Below, piece by piece: positions 13,401-25,400 of a DNA stretch of 64,000 nucleotides (its first letter is position 1; each line of letters begins with the position of its first letter). The position numbers and the translations under genes were made by a program. The stretch lies in contig CAIIXF020000001.1 in the NCBI GenBank assembly GCA_903813345.2, positions 14,632,001 to 14,696,000 on the forward strand. Direction: 5' to 3'. The notes beneath the pieces are model-generated. The model did no database searches and was not told the DNA's origin. It was given only the letters and a program-made list of their open reading frames with translations. The stretch is from Owenia fusiformis (taxonomy: Eukaryota).

Positions 13401-16400
13401 TCTGTATGTTACTGGGGAACACAAGGCCCAGAGGCAAGACTACCTTGTGGCGAGCAGAGCAAGGCACGGTGACTGATTCTTATAACAGGGTCTTAGTTTT
13501 ATTACGTGGGGGGTCTTAGTTTTATTATGTGGGGGGTCTTAGTTTTATAACAGGGTCTTAGTTTTATAACGTGGGGGGTCTTAGTTTTATAACAGGGTCT
13601 TAGTTTTATAACGTGGGGGGTCTTACTTTTATAACAGGGTCTTAGTTTTATAACGTGGGGGGTCTTAGTTTTATAACAGGGTCTTAGTTTTATAACGTGG
13701 GGGGTCTTAGTTTTATAACAGGGTCTTAGTTTTATTACTTGGGGGGTCTTAGTTTTATAACAGGGTCTTAGTTTTATAACGTGGGGGGTCTTAGTTTGAT
13801 AACAGGGTCTTAGTTTTATTACGTGGGGGGTCTTAGTTTTATAACAGGGTCTTAGTTTTATTACATGGGGGGTCTTAGTTTTATAACAGGGTCTTAGTTT
13901 TATAACGTGGGGGGTCTTAGTTTTATAACAGGGTCTTAGTTTTATAACGTGGGGAGTCTTAGTTTTATAACAGGGTCTTAGTTTTATAACGTGGGGGGTC
14001 TTAGTTTTATAACAGGGTCTTAGTTTTATAACGTGGGGGTCTTAGTTTTATAACAGGGTCTTAGTTTTACAACGTTGGGGGTCTTAGTTTTATAACAGGG
14101 TCTTAGTTTTATAATGTGGGGGGTCTTAGTTTTATAACAGGGTCTTAGTTTTATAACGTGGGGGGTCTTAGTTTTATAACAGGGTCTTAGTTTTATAACG
14201 TGGGGGGTCTTAGTTTTATAACAGGGTCTTAGTTTTATAACGTGGGGGGTCTTAGTTTTGTAGGTCTTAGGTCTTAGGTCTTAGTTTTGTAGACACCCGT
14301 TTCCAAATGTTTCATTCAACTATGCCATAAAGGAGATTGAAACTCCGTGTAAATGAATATTTCCTTTGTATTTTCTCTGCATGTTTTGCTGATCTTTTAA
14401 CTGTTTTTCAGTACCTTAACTAAATGAAAATGTATAGCGAAATTAATTAAATACGCGCTGTGTTTTGAACTTTGTAAAGGATTTACATTTGTAAAATTGT
14501 GCTTCCCTGCCTTGGAAAGCCACGCCTTCTCTATCATCGCCTTCGGGACGCTATGCAAACGGTATACGTCATTCTCATAAAGTTTAAGGGCGGCAATACT
14601 TCAAGTATACGTATAGGACGGGATGCGTCCAAATGAAACACACAATGGAAGTTGTTCATAGCGTACACGTAAATCATTGAATGACGGGCATATCAGTAGT
14701 TCTACGATTGTTCACCGTGTTTATACGCCTATTTTTGTAATCATACATGGTCCACTGGCGGATCCAGATCCATCTTGCCCCCCCCCACCCACCTTGTGGG
14801 CCAAGAAAAACATCATAGGGCCCAAAAAATGTTTTGGTAAAAAATTACATAGGGCCTCATAAAAACCGAGCCTTTTTGGGAATGATTTGACAACCTAGGC
14901 CAAATTTTCAAAGAATGGGGGTTAAATTTTCTTCTGGATCCTCCAGTTTGGTCTAAGTTGTTAATTCGAAAAGGCCAAATAATTGCGATATTGAATGTGC
15001 AACTCATCACGGTACACCTCGCCCGACGAGTGACACGTGTTGGTAAAAGCTATCCAATCCTGCACATAGAACTCATGCATAATACAACAAGTTCTGGGAT
15101 TGCAATTGTATAGTAGTTTAAGCCAATTTACTGACTGAATTACTCAGTTGGAGTAACATTCCCGGGGAAACTTTCCCGGGGACAGATAATAGTTCCCTCT
15201 ATTGACCAAACTAGGTACTACACTTCACTCCACCTTTTGAAAATAACTAACTCATTTATGTGTAAAAATAAAATCAAATATTCTAACTGAGACATGATGA
15301 TTTAATCATATTTCGATTTAATATTCAAAGTAGAATATAACGCCCAAGGTTCAGAATCTTAGTTCAGCCGGGAGCCCCCAGAAAACAAATAGGACTAACT
15401 CTAATATGATATTATCTCAAGAGACATAAAGCAGAAGTTTTCTAATTCAATTTCAGTGATCATTACTGTGGAGTCAATAATATTGATTTAGAAACCCCAG
15501 TTATGATTAGAGTCAGAAGGCTATAGGAGAGTTCTCAATGTAGAATCATGAACGCTATCATTATATCACAGATAACTGCTTTTAGAATACGCTAAGGAAA
15601 AAAACAAGTTTTTTATGAGACTCACAGGAGAAAGTTTTGATCATGAAGTTTGATTATAGATCTGTTGCCTTTTCTGATAAAAATGAAATATAATGATGTT
15701 GAAGACCACACTTATTTGAAGGGACAATTACAGTTTTTTTTATGATGTCACAACCAAAAATTGGTGACATATTGTTATGGTCTCCGTTTTTTTTGCGCTG
15801 GTCGGCAATTGGCAATTGGTAATTTGCAGTTGGCATCTGTAAGTCTTTAGACTGAAATCAATTTTTTTCAAAATCATCTACAGGTTTTCAGAAGTTCAAA
15901 TCTGACTTTACATTTAAGATTTGACCTTCAATGACCTTTTCAAGGTAAAAAAAGGTTAAGTAGGTAAAAAAGGTATTTTTCAACTTGCTCAAAATCATCT
16001 ACAAGTTCTCGAAAGTTCAAATGTGGCTATAGATTTGACCTTCAATGACCTTCTCAAGGTCAAGAAGGTCTTTTTTCATCTTGCTTCGAATTGACCAATT
16101 CTTTTTTTCAAAATCATCTACAAGTTCTCAGAAGTTCAAATCTGACTTTAGATTTGAGATTTCACCTTCAATGATCTTCTCAGGGTCAAAAAATGTATTT
16201 TTTCAACTTGCTTCAAATTGACCAATTAAATCATCTACAAGTTCTATTCAAATCTGACTTAAGATTGCATATTGCGATCAACTAGGTGGTGACATTTTGT
16301 CATATTAACGCCTTGTTTAAATTGTTACAATTTTAGGTTCTTTGTATACTTACTTTTTAAAAAATGTCAATGACTTCCCTGATATATTAAAAAAGGAAAT

Positions 16401-19400
16401 TATTTGTAACTTTGCAATTGCCTATAAGATTTACATTTTATCATTCAAAAAATGCATTATATTTTGTAATAATGACAGCATGTTAAATTGTGACATCACT
16501 CCTCTAGGACAGTGCAACCTTTTGATATATTCCTGAATCTTAGAATCACAGAAGTATTGGTAGAAATATCTGATCAAATCTTAATATTATGAAATAGATA
16601 TTTATAGCAATAGACACTATATTAATAGCTATCTTTGAAAAAATTCATCAGCATCGCATATCCAGTTGAAGTTCTTTCCACCAGTATCCAATAATTAACA
16701 ATAAATCTACTCATTTATTTGATTTACAGCATCTTTTCAAGGTGGAATAGGTTTTATGGTTTATTATTCTGGTATTGCCAAGTGAAATGCAAAACAATAA
16801 AAGTAAAAGTTCTCGATCACCCTGGTTACGAAATACACCAGTGTGATGTACCTCTCTATATGAATTTAATATTTACAAATGCTTGATTTGAATAGCATCT
16901 ATCTGTTGTTTTTGTGTTTATTGAATTATGACTCGACACTTCCGACATATGCCTGGGTCACATTTGCTCCGATTGCAGTATTTTGTTCAAAACTGATTTC
17001 AACTTGCTACAAATTGACCAAACCTTTTTTAGAATCATGTACAAGTTCTACAAGCAAATGTGTATAAGCAAATGTGACATAGGCATTATGAATGAATGTG
17101 ACTGGAATAAATTAAAAAATGAGTTCAAGCATACATGCTACAGGACATCATTGTCATCACTCATGCATGTTAAATATATAAGCTTGAATAATTGAAGCTT
17201 AAAAGTGGTCACTCTGAGAATAGCTTGATCCCATGAATGTATTATAGCAAGTTATATAATTACTTTGTAACTACTTTGACTGATCATAGGGAATTAAACA
17301 CTGACATGTCTAAGTATTCTTCAGGCAGAATAGAATGAATGATGTCGCTAATTAACTTGACCCTTTATTGCATGGACTCTTGTTGGAATGTAGCTAAAAT
17401 ATACTAAAAAAATCCAATAAGTGTTTACATAATATACCACATGTTGAATGCCCTTGGGTTTGGGCATTATATCAAAAGGCATTGTACCGAAAAATATTAT
17501 ACCAAAATCCATAATATTCCATATATACATATATTTGAATTTATATAGGTTAATTTTTGATTTTCATTCTAGAGTCGTGTCTTATCTTTTAAAGTCTACT
17601 TTTCAAGCCAAATCATTTGGTGAATTCTCGAAATCGTTGTTCCCTCTTCAAAAGAGGAGACGCGAAAATCTTTCCTTATAAGGTCAAAATATTTCCCATG
17701 ATGCAGTTCGCGGAGGAACAAATTTATACTTCCTTGTTTTCCCTCATAGGTTTAACATGGGGATTTTCACACCTATTTTTCAAACGATATATTCGTTCAT
17801 ATTCCCGTACGAGAGTACAGAAAAAATTATTAGAAACGATTGATCTCTTATTAATCTTAATATAACAGCTATTTTTTTTCATTGTATTGATTCATAGCGT
17901 GGTGAAAACGACGATTGAAAAGTGAGAAAATATTCCGGAAGAGAAGGTCACGTGATCAGTTGACTAGTCGCCATATTGGAAAAAACAATTCCATTCGACT
18001 TTCAATACTTTCGATGCCAATCTTACCGCATTACAAACTGCAACATCGATGCAACAACTGAATAAAAGTATTCATCTTCAAATTACATTATAGAGTTACG
18101 TTGAAAACCCACAAACAACTGAGCAGTAGACCAAAGAAGACGCGTTGCTATTATCTAGGTCAATCTGTTCTGTGGTCCGAAAGCAAATCTATAGTACTCG
18201 TTTCCGAATTTTGTTGTTCATTGTACAATCTTTTATTGATTAAACTCGGTATACTGACTATTAAAGCAATGACAAAGAAGAATATTTCCGATGGTGTCAT
18301 TGTTTTATTTAGCTTGCGGGTGTAAAAACAAAATTGCGTAATTAGTTTGATTTAGAACTTTCGGGTCACGCAAATAGCTACGCGAAATGCATAGTGGGAA
18401 AATATTGACCAATCAAATTTTGTCCTTTTTGAGTGCTTTTTCAGAACATATTTGCGAACGTTCTGATTCAAAGAGCGAACCGCGAAAGGGAGAATTGATC
18501 TGAAATTTTTAGGGATGTTTTTTGGTATGAAAGTTTAGAGCTGCTTAGTTTTTGGTCATTCTGCGTAGATGTTAAGGTGGCCTGTGATTTTGGACTTTAC
18601 GTTTCAAAAAATTGTCTGTTCTATTCAATTGCAACACTGTTCACTCTGTACAAGAGATGATGCATCTACAAATGAGACATTAGATTGGAAATTGTACTTT
18701 ATGTCAGGCAAATGCCCCTGCTATAATGAAGACCTCCATAGATCATATGTGGAATAAACAGGTCCAAAAATAAGCCAACTTGGGCAATAAATACATGAAA
18801 AACTATTTTAGTTTCAAGCGTGCTTTTATCAGGTACAATGTATTATTCGTCCACGAAATGAAGTTCTATAACGATCTCACTAAGGCCACCTTAACTTATG
18901 AAACCTTCTATTGTTTCAGGTTTAGGCTGGGGCATGGTGCTTGTATCAGGTATCGTGTGTGTCTACTATAATGTTATCATCACCTGGTGTCTCTACTATC
19001 TCATCATGTCCTTTACCTCCAAGCTCCCCTGGGGCTCTTGTGACAACAGCTGGAACACCGACTTGTGTGCCACTTCTACAGGGAACAAGACAGAATTTAC
19101 AAATATGACTATTAGTAACGTCACTGATCAGTCGAGTGTGTACAGCATGGTGACAGCAGTTACTGAAATGACGGGGAACTTCACAAATGTAACAATGGGA
19201 AATGTAACAGAAGTTAAAAAGATGACATCCGCTGAGGAATATTGGCAGTGAGTATTACTGTACATGATTATATATTTGACGGTTTTAAATTTTAGTTATT
19301 CTGGTGTATCATTTAAGTACAATGCATGACATCTATCAATCTGTATTAATCCACCATACATAAATGCATTGATTATGCACATTGAACAACTCACAGAGCC

Positions 19401-22400
19401 TTCATTGCTTTTCACTTGACAAGCAATGAAGTTATTATGTTACCATCAAAGTGGTGACATGTGATGACTGATGTTTTTTTGTGATGGCAGTTAGTGTCTG
19501 TAATGGTGGTTGGTGTCCATGTTTGGTGTTCTTACAACTTCCAATAACTTAACAAATACTGTGTGGACTTCATATTTCTTCATGTTTTTCAAAATCATCT
19601 ACAAGTTCCAAGAAGTTTTTAGACTTTTGATTTGAGATGTGACCTTCACGCATGACCTTCTAAAGGTAAAAAAAGGTCAAAAAGCCAGTTACCATAAGCT
19701 AGCTCCTTTTGTCACATGCTAGGATTGAACCCAGGACCTTGGCATCAGAAGTCCAGAGTGCTAACTTTTACATCACAGAGCCAAAGACTTTACATTTCAG
19801 ATTTGAGCTTAAATGACCATCTCAAGGTCAAAATGGTCTTTTTTCAACTTGTCTCAAATTGACCAATCTTTTATCAAAAACATCCACAAGTTCTCAGACT
19901 AGTCTCTCTGACTAAGCTTGTATTCGCCAATGCAAATAGTGGCTAACGGATTAACCTATTAATTAATTTATTAACAGTAATCAGTGGTCACATGACTTTT
20001 TTATGCCTATGAAAGGATCGATTATAATAAAGCCGCTCGGTCAAATTTGCAAACAAAACATTGGACATTGTTACATGCTGCTAAATAGGCAGATGAACTG
20101 GTTATTTAGGCCAATTACCGGGTCTGAAGTGAGAGGTGGTAGCTAACGGGAATCACGACAGGTACTATTCATATTTAAATGAGTTTGCCTTCAAACTGCA
20201 ATCAACCCGATAGCCAGTAGCCATTATTTGCATTCGCGAATACAAGCTAAGACTGAATTCATAATATTGTGAGCAACTAGGTGTTGTCATTTTGTCATGT
20301 TAATGCCTTGTAAAAAAATGTGACATTATATTACGCACCCTAATGTGTACCTTGTTTTAACTGATGATTACATGGCCTTTTAGTCAGTTGAAAATCCATT
20401 TGCACCCTGTTCAATTGAAAAAGAAACAAGAGGAAAATTTCTGTGGAAGACACTTGTGTGCCAAGAACACCATTGGGTATATTCCACTTTTACAGAAAAG
20501 TACAATATCAGAGAAAATTGAATATGCTTTAATAAGATGGAGATAGATCCCTCAGATTGAATAACATGGCAACTTGCAAAATGTCCCAGTTACACCTCTT
20601 GATAATACAAATAAAAATATTTCCATTTTAGATATAACACTCTTGAGATGACAAAGAGCATGAATGAACTTGGTGGGATCAGATGGCAGCTTCTGCTGTG
20701 CCTGGTACTATCTTGGGTACTTGTCTTTGTATGTCTTTGCAAGGGTGTCAAATCATCAGGCAAGGTAAGCATTCAATCAATTTGAATTCTCATATTTTGT
20801 ATTCAGAGCCCTATGTTCAGAGGTTTGAAGGTCTGTGTTCAGGGAGACCTTTGTTCAGCTCCCTGTGTTCCATGGTGTGAAGACCTATGGAGGAAAGTGA
20901 TGTATGTAGAAGATTTAGTTCAGAGATGCATAGGCCTAAGTTCAGAGATGCATAGGCCTAAGTTCAGAGAATCAGAGGTCTATGTTGAGAAATGAGGGAC
21001 TGTGTTCAGAGGTGTTTAGGCCTGGGTTCAGAGATTTATAGGCCTAAGTTCAGAAGTGCAGAGTTCTATGTTCAGAGGTGTAGAGACCTTTGTTCATATC
21101 TTCATCTTGGTTCAGAACTTCAGCTGGGATCAGAGGTATAAAGACTCTGTGTTCAGAGGTTTGAAAACCTTTTGTGTAGAGGTTTGGAGGCCTGAGTTTA
21201 GAAGAGTAGAGACCTATATTCATATTGAAAGGGTCTCTATACAGAGATGAATATGATAATAAAAAAGTACCATATTTTGCATATGAACATGTTTAAATGA
21301 GCAGAAAATATTTTATATTTTATATCATAAAATCTATAGAAACGTACACATGTTCTTTGGAAATAAAAAGGGCTCAAAATTTGCTTTTATTTGTCAAAGT
21401 AGTTATTTGTCACCAGACTTGAAAAAGAAATTGCTTCTAATTTCACCGGTGGGGATCTGTGCTGTCTTGTAAAACACTGGACTCTCTTGAAAATACAAGA
21501 TAATACCTCTGATTATACCCTTCTAAATTTTTTAACCATTTTTTACTTTCATTTACCTACGGAATGAAATTCTGAACAATGTTAATTTCTAAACCAACAT
21601 TACATTCTAAGTCATAAAAATTGTTGTAAAAGGTTGTTATTTTGGCACTGAGCAAAAGTGTCTTATGAATATATAATGTCTTATATTTTCCAGGTGGTCT
21701 ATGTAACTGCAACTGCCCCCTATATCTTTCTAGTCATCCTCCTCATTAGAGGCCTATTATTGCCAGGAGCCATGGATGGAATAAAGTTTTATGTCACTCC
21801 AGATTTCAAAAGACTACTTGACTACAAGGTAAAGTATGTTATAAAAGAAATATATACTAATATAAATATTGTAGATTTCCAGTACAGTAAAACCTGAATA
21901 TACAGACACTTCTCTGATCAGAACACCTCCTGGTGTGAACACTTTCTCAGCCCTAAATTTGTTATCTCCCATCAACTCACATACTAGAAACCTTGAAATG
22001 TGAACACCTGCTAATCTGAACACTTTTGACTGGTTCCAGTGCATGGTGTTTGGATTAGACAGGTTTTATAGTACATTTAAATATAAGATATATAGAGGAT
22101 ATCCTATGATTTTTGAGGGATACCATTTTTATCCATGAGTGGATATCGCTCATCTCCACAAGTGAGCGCAGCGAATGAGTGGAGATCGGCGATGTCCAAG
22201 AGTGGATAAAAATGATAGCCGAGAAAATCATAGGATATCATATTTATCCAATGGTCGCTATTTTTGTATGGACTTCAAATAATTTGACCTAAAGTTGTTG
22301 TTTTCTAATTCTATTCTATTTTTTTCATTTTATTTTCTGTGACCTTATTTTTATAAAATGATTGCATGAAAAAATGTAACTCATTTTTCCTGAGCATATA

Positions 22401-25400
22401 ACCTTGGAACTTTTCAGATTTTTTCCAAATATTTTTTCAATTTTTTCCAAATTTTTTTTTATTCCTATAATTTTATTTTCAAATTTTTTTCCGAATTAAT
22501 TTTCAATTTTTTCCTCAAAATTTCAAATTTTTCAAATATATTTTTTCAAAATATTTTTTGAAATAGTATCCGTTGGATACGATTGGATATCACGTCATAT
22601 GGATCGGATACGATTTTAGTAGCGTATATGAAAATTATCCTGTGTTGGTATCCCCATATATGTTTAGTATCCATTGGATAAATTAGGGTATGCAGTGAAA
22701 TGCATATTTAAAAATCTGAAATATTAGAATGATATTGGCTTTTGTCCTCATGCATATTCACTTTGATTTGTCAACCTAACCTTTCCCATTGGACAGGATC
22801 ATGATACTATAGTAAAATGAGAGGTGTTTGCACCAACTTTCTGTTATACTGACCCAATTTAAGCTTCATTTTATAATGCAGTTCATATATATTCGACAGC
22901 TGCTCAATATTAGTTCTACATTACAGCCTGAGGTTCTTCTATAATGCATTTATGAATTTACAGTTATGAAGAAAAGAAATTTACATTTTCCCCATTATTA
23001 ATATCAAATGTGGTTCAAGCCAGTTCCTTAATGATGATTACCTGTTATAACTTTTGTCAAAATGTCCATTATTGTCACTGGTGTCATTGTCAATTCACTG
23101 ATATGAATTGGTAGTAATTATTGTCAGACTTATTACAATGAATATGGAATTATTTAATACCAAGCATTTTTCTATGATTTATTCCTATTGTTCTCTTTGT
23201 AATGATTCTAGTTCTAGACTAATATATGGGATAATGTGGTTCTCCAATTTCATATCTGGTCACCCTGCTCTTTATAATCTCAGAAATACTTCACAGTTTT
23301 TTGTGATAGATATCACACAAAAATAAATTGCTCGTTTATAGATAAGCTCACACATTGCTTATGTACTGTATGAGTCTTCACTTTGTATTTGTGTTTGCAG
23401 AAAGATGAAAATAGATGCGAAGTTAAATAGCTTAAATTCTACTGCCAATATTGTTGGATTATATAGAACAAAGATGTATTGACTCTCACTCAGTATTGAA
23501 AGACATGTCTCACTCTTTTATTTGCATTTTGAATGGAAGTTCACAAAATATTCATGCAGATATTACATGGAAATGAATAAAATGCATTTTAAGGGACCAA
23601 ATCACAGATGGATTGTCCATTAGTTAAGAAATACATTTACTCTATTTAACCAATATTAAAAGGTGTGGGTGGTAGTATCTTGAGAATGAAATATTCATTT
23701 AGAATTAAAATTATTATGTTGACAATTCCCAATGTGTGTATACATGCATCTCTGTGTTATAACAACCATTTGTTTGTGTTTAGGTGTGGGTAGAGGCTTG
23801 CCTACAAATATTCTACTCCCTGGGTCCTGCCTGGGGTGGCCTAATCACAATGTCAAGCTACAACAAGTTCCACAATAATGTATACAGGTACAGACTTTAA
23901 TATATCTAACATAGAGGCTACGAGGTTTTAGATATGGGGTTTATCCCAAGAGAAATATGTGTCTCTTCCTCAGTCCCTGTGGTGGAGATACATATATTTC
24001 ACTCAGGATAAACCCTGTGTTTAAAACGGGACATGCATTGTACAATGGAGATGTATCCCATACCTAGTATGGTTCACTTTCATTGCCTGACATGTTGAAA
24101 TGTATTAACAAACATAAATTGAGTCTGCTAAAATGGATCAGTACTCATATTTCTCTATGAGTGCAAGATATCAGAGATAGTGGGACTGATACAGAAAATA
24201 TCTGACACACTCTGGCTACTACACTAGTCTAGAATCTACATGCATTACATCATGTTACCTGCTTATACAATACGTACAATATTATATGTTGTATGATATA
24301 TGCTACATGTAATATTGGAGAAACAAAAGATAAGATATTACAAAAAAAACATGTAAAACATAACAACTAGAAATGTGACTTATAAACTTAGCATAGTTTT
24401 CACTATTTTTCACTACAATTTGTGTCATTTTGTTTTTTCGCCATCTTTCTTTCACATAGAAAAACATTATTGTAAACTTGTTTGTAAAATATCTCATCTC
24501 TACAATCAAATATGCATCATAATAGGCTATCCTTTGGTTTCAAAGGTTAGTTGTAATTTCATATGTTAGTCGTAGAAAAGTATCAAGAATCCAAAATGGT
24601 AGTGAAGCACAGAAATGTTTTTCTATTTATTTTAGGGATGCCATATTCGTACCTTGTGTAAACTGTGGCTCCAGTTTCTTTGCTGGTTTTGTCATATTCA
24701 GTGTCCTGGGCTTTATGGCCAAAGAATCTGGGCTAAATGTTAAAGATGTTGTAAAACCAGGTAAGAGTAATCAATCAACCGTGGAATACTTTTTGCCTTT
24801 GATAAATGCTCATGAATTTTTATAATTTACAGCTACTGCAGTTAATGCTTGTCATAAGAATTGATTATCAAATTAATATTGATCATATCTATGTAAGCTA
24901 TTGTAGATTCCAAAAAGTATGTTTTTGTCTAAATGTATATAAGCACTGTACATTTATATTTTCAATGTAAATAATGTTTTGATGTTTTTGTATTATCTTT
25001 ATACTGTACATGTACTTTTAATTTTAACCCTCTGTGTATGTTTATATACTGTTCAAAAATATGTGAAAACCTATACAGTGACCCATATGTCAGAGAGACT
25101 TACATAAAAATGGTCAATAAAAGACATATACGTGTGTGTTAACATCCTCATGGTAGAACTTGAATGTTAACTCTACAGTTGTTTGACTTATGTTCTATTC
25201 ATAGTTTTGAACAGACAAAAACAAACGTAATTTAATTATTCAATTAATCAACATAATTTATTGATATGTTCCAAAAATATGCTCCGAACCTGTGGCTTCC
25301 AACTTTAATGGAGCTAGTTAACTTGTATGACAAAATGAACAGATCTGTTTCTTTTCAATTTTTAATGCAGTTTCAGTATGTTTGCTGATCAGTTCAGATG

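Larger units (their letters stand above)
3805..15253. mobile_element. Large non-autonomous TIR DNA transposon, Sola-like (11,449 bp, with nested insertions)
   Basis: About 105-bp imperfect TIRs (GAGTTAGTTATTTTCAAAAGGTGGAGTGAAGT...), GAG...CTC termini, 4-bp TSD ATTT (3801-3804 / 15254-15257). Confidence 0.8.

Noticed and set aside
13135-13519. Repetitive ORFs (110 aa and 87 aa)
   Set aside because: They derive from tandem subrepeats of the foldback element.
11200-14280. CRISPR-like or telomere-like appearance of the arrays
   Set aside because: No unique spacers, eukaryotic intron context, not a telomeric unit; explained as foldback TIR arms.
17560-18530. CpG-rich stretch with CACGTG and CGCCATATTGG resembling an internal promoter
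   Set aside because: No linked exon found and no clear termini; more likely an unclassified transposon remnant.
19717-19782. tRNA-like sequence on the minus strand, and a B-box GGTTCGATTCCC near 29130
   Set aside because: No complete cloverleaf; degenerate tRNA-derived SINE-type fragments inside repeats, not tRNA genes.
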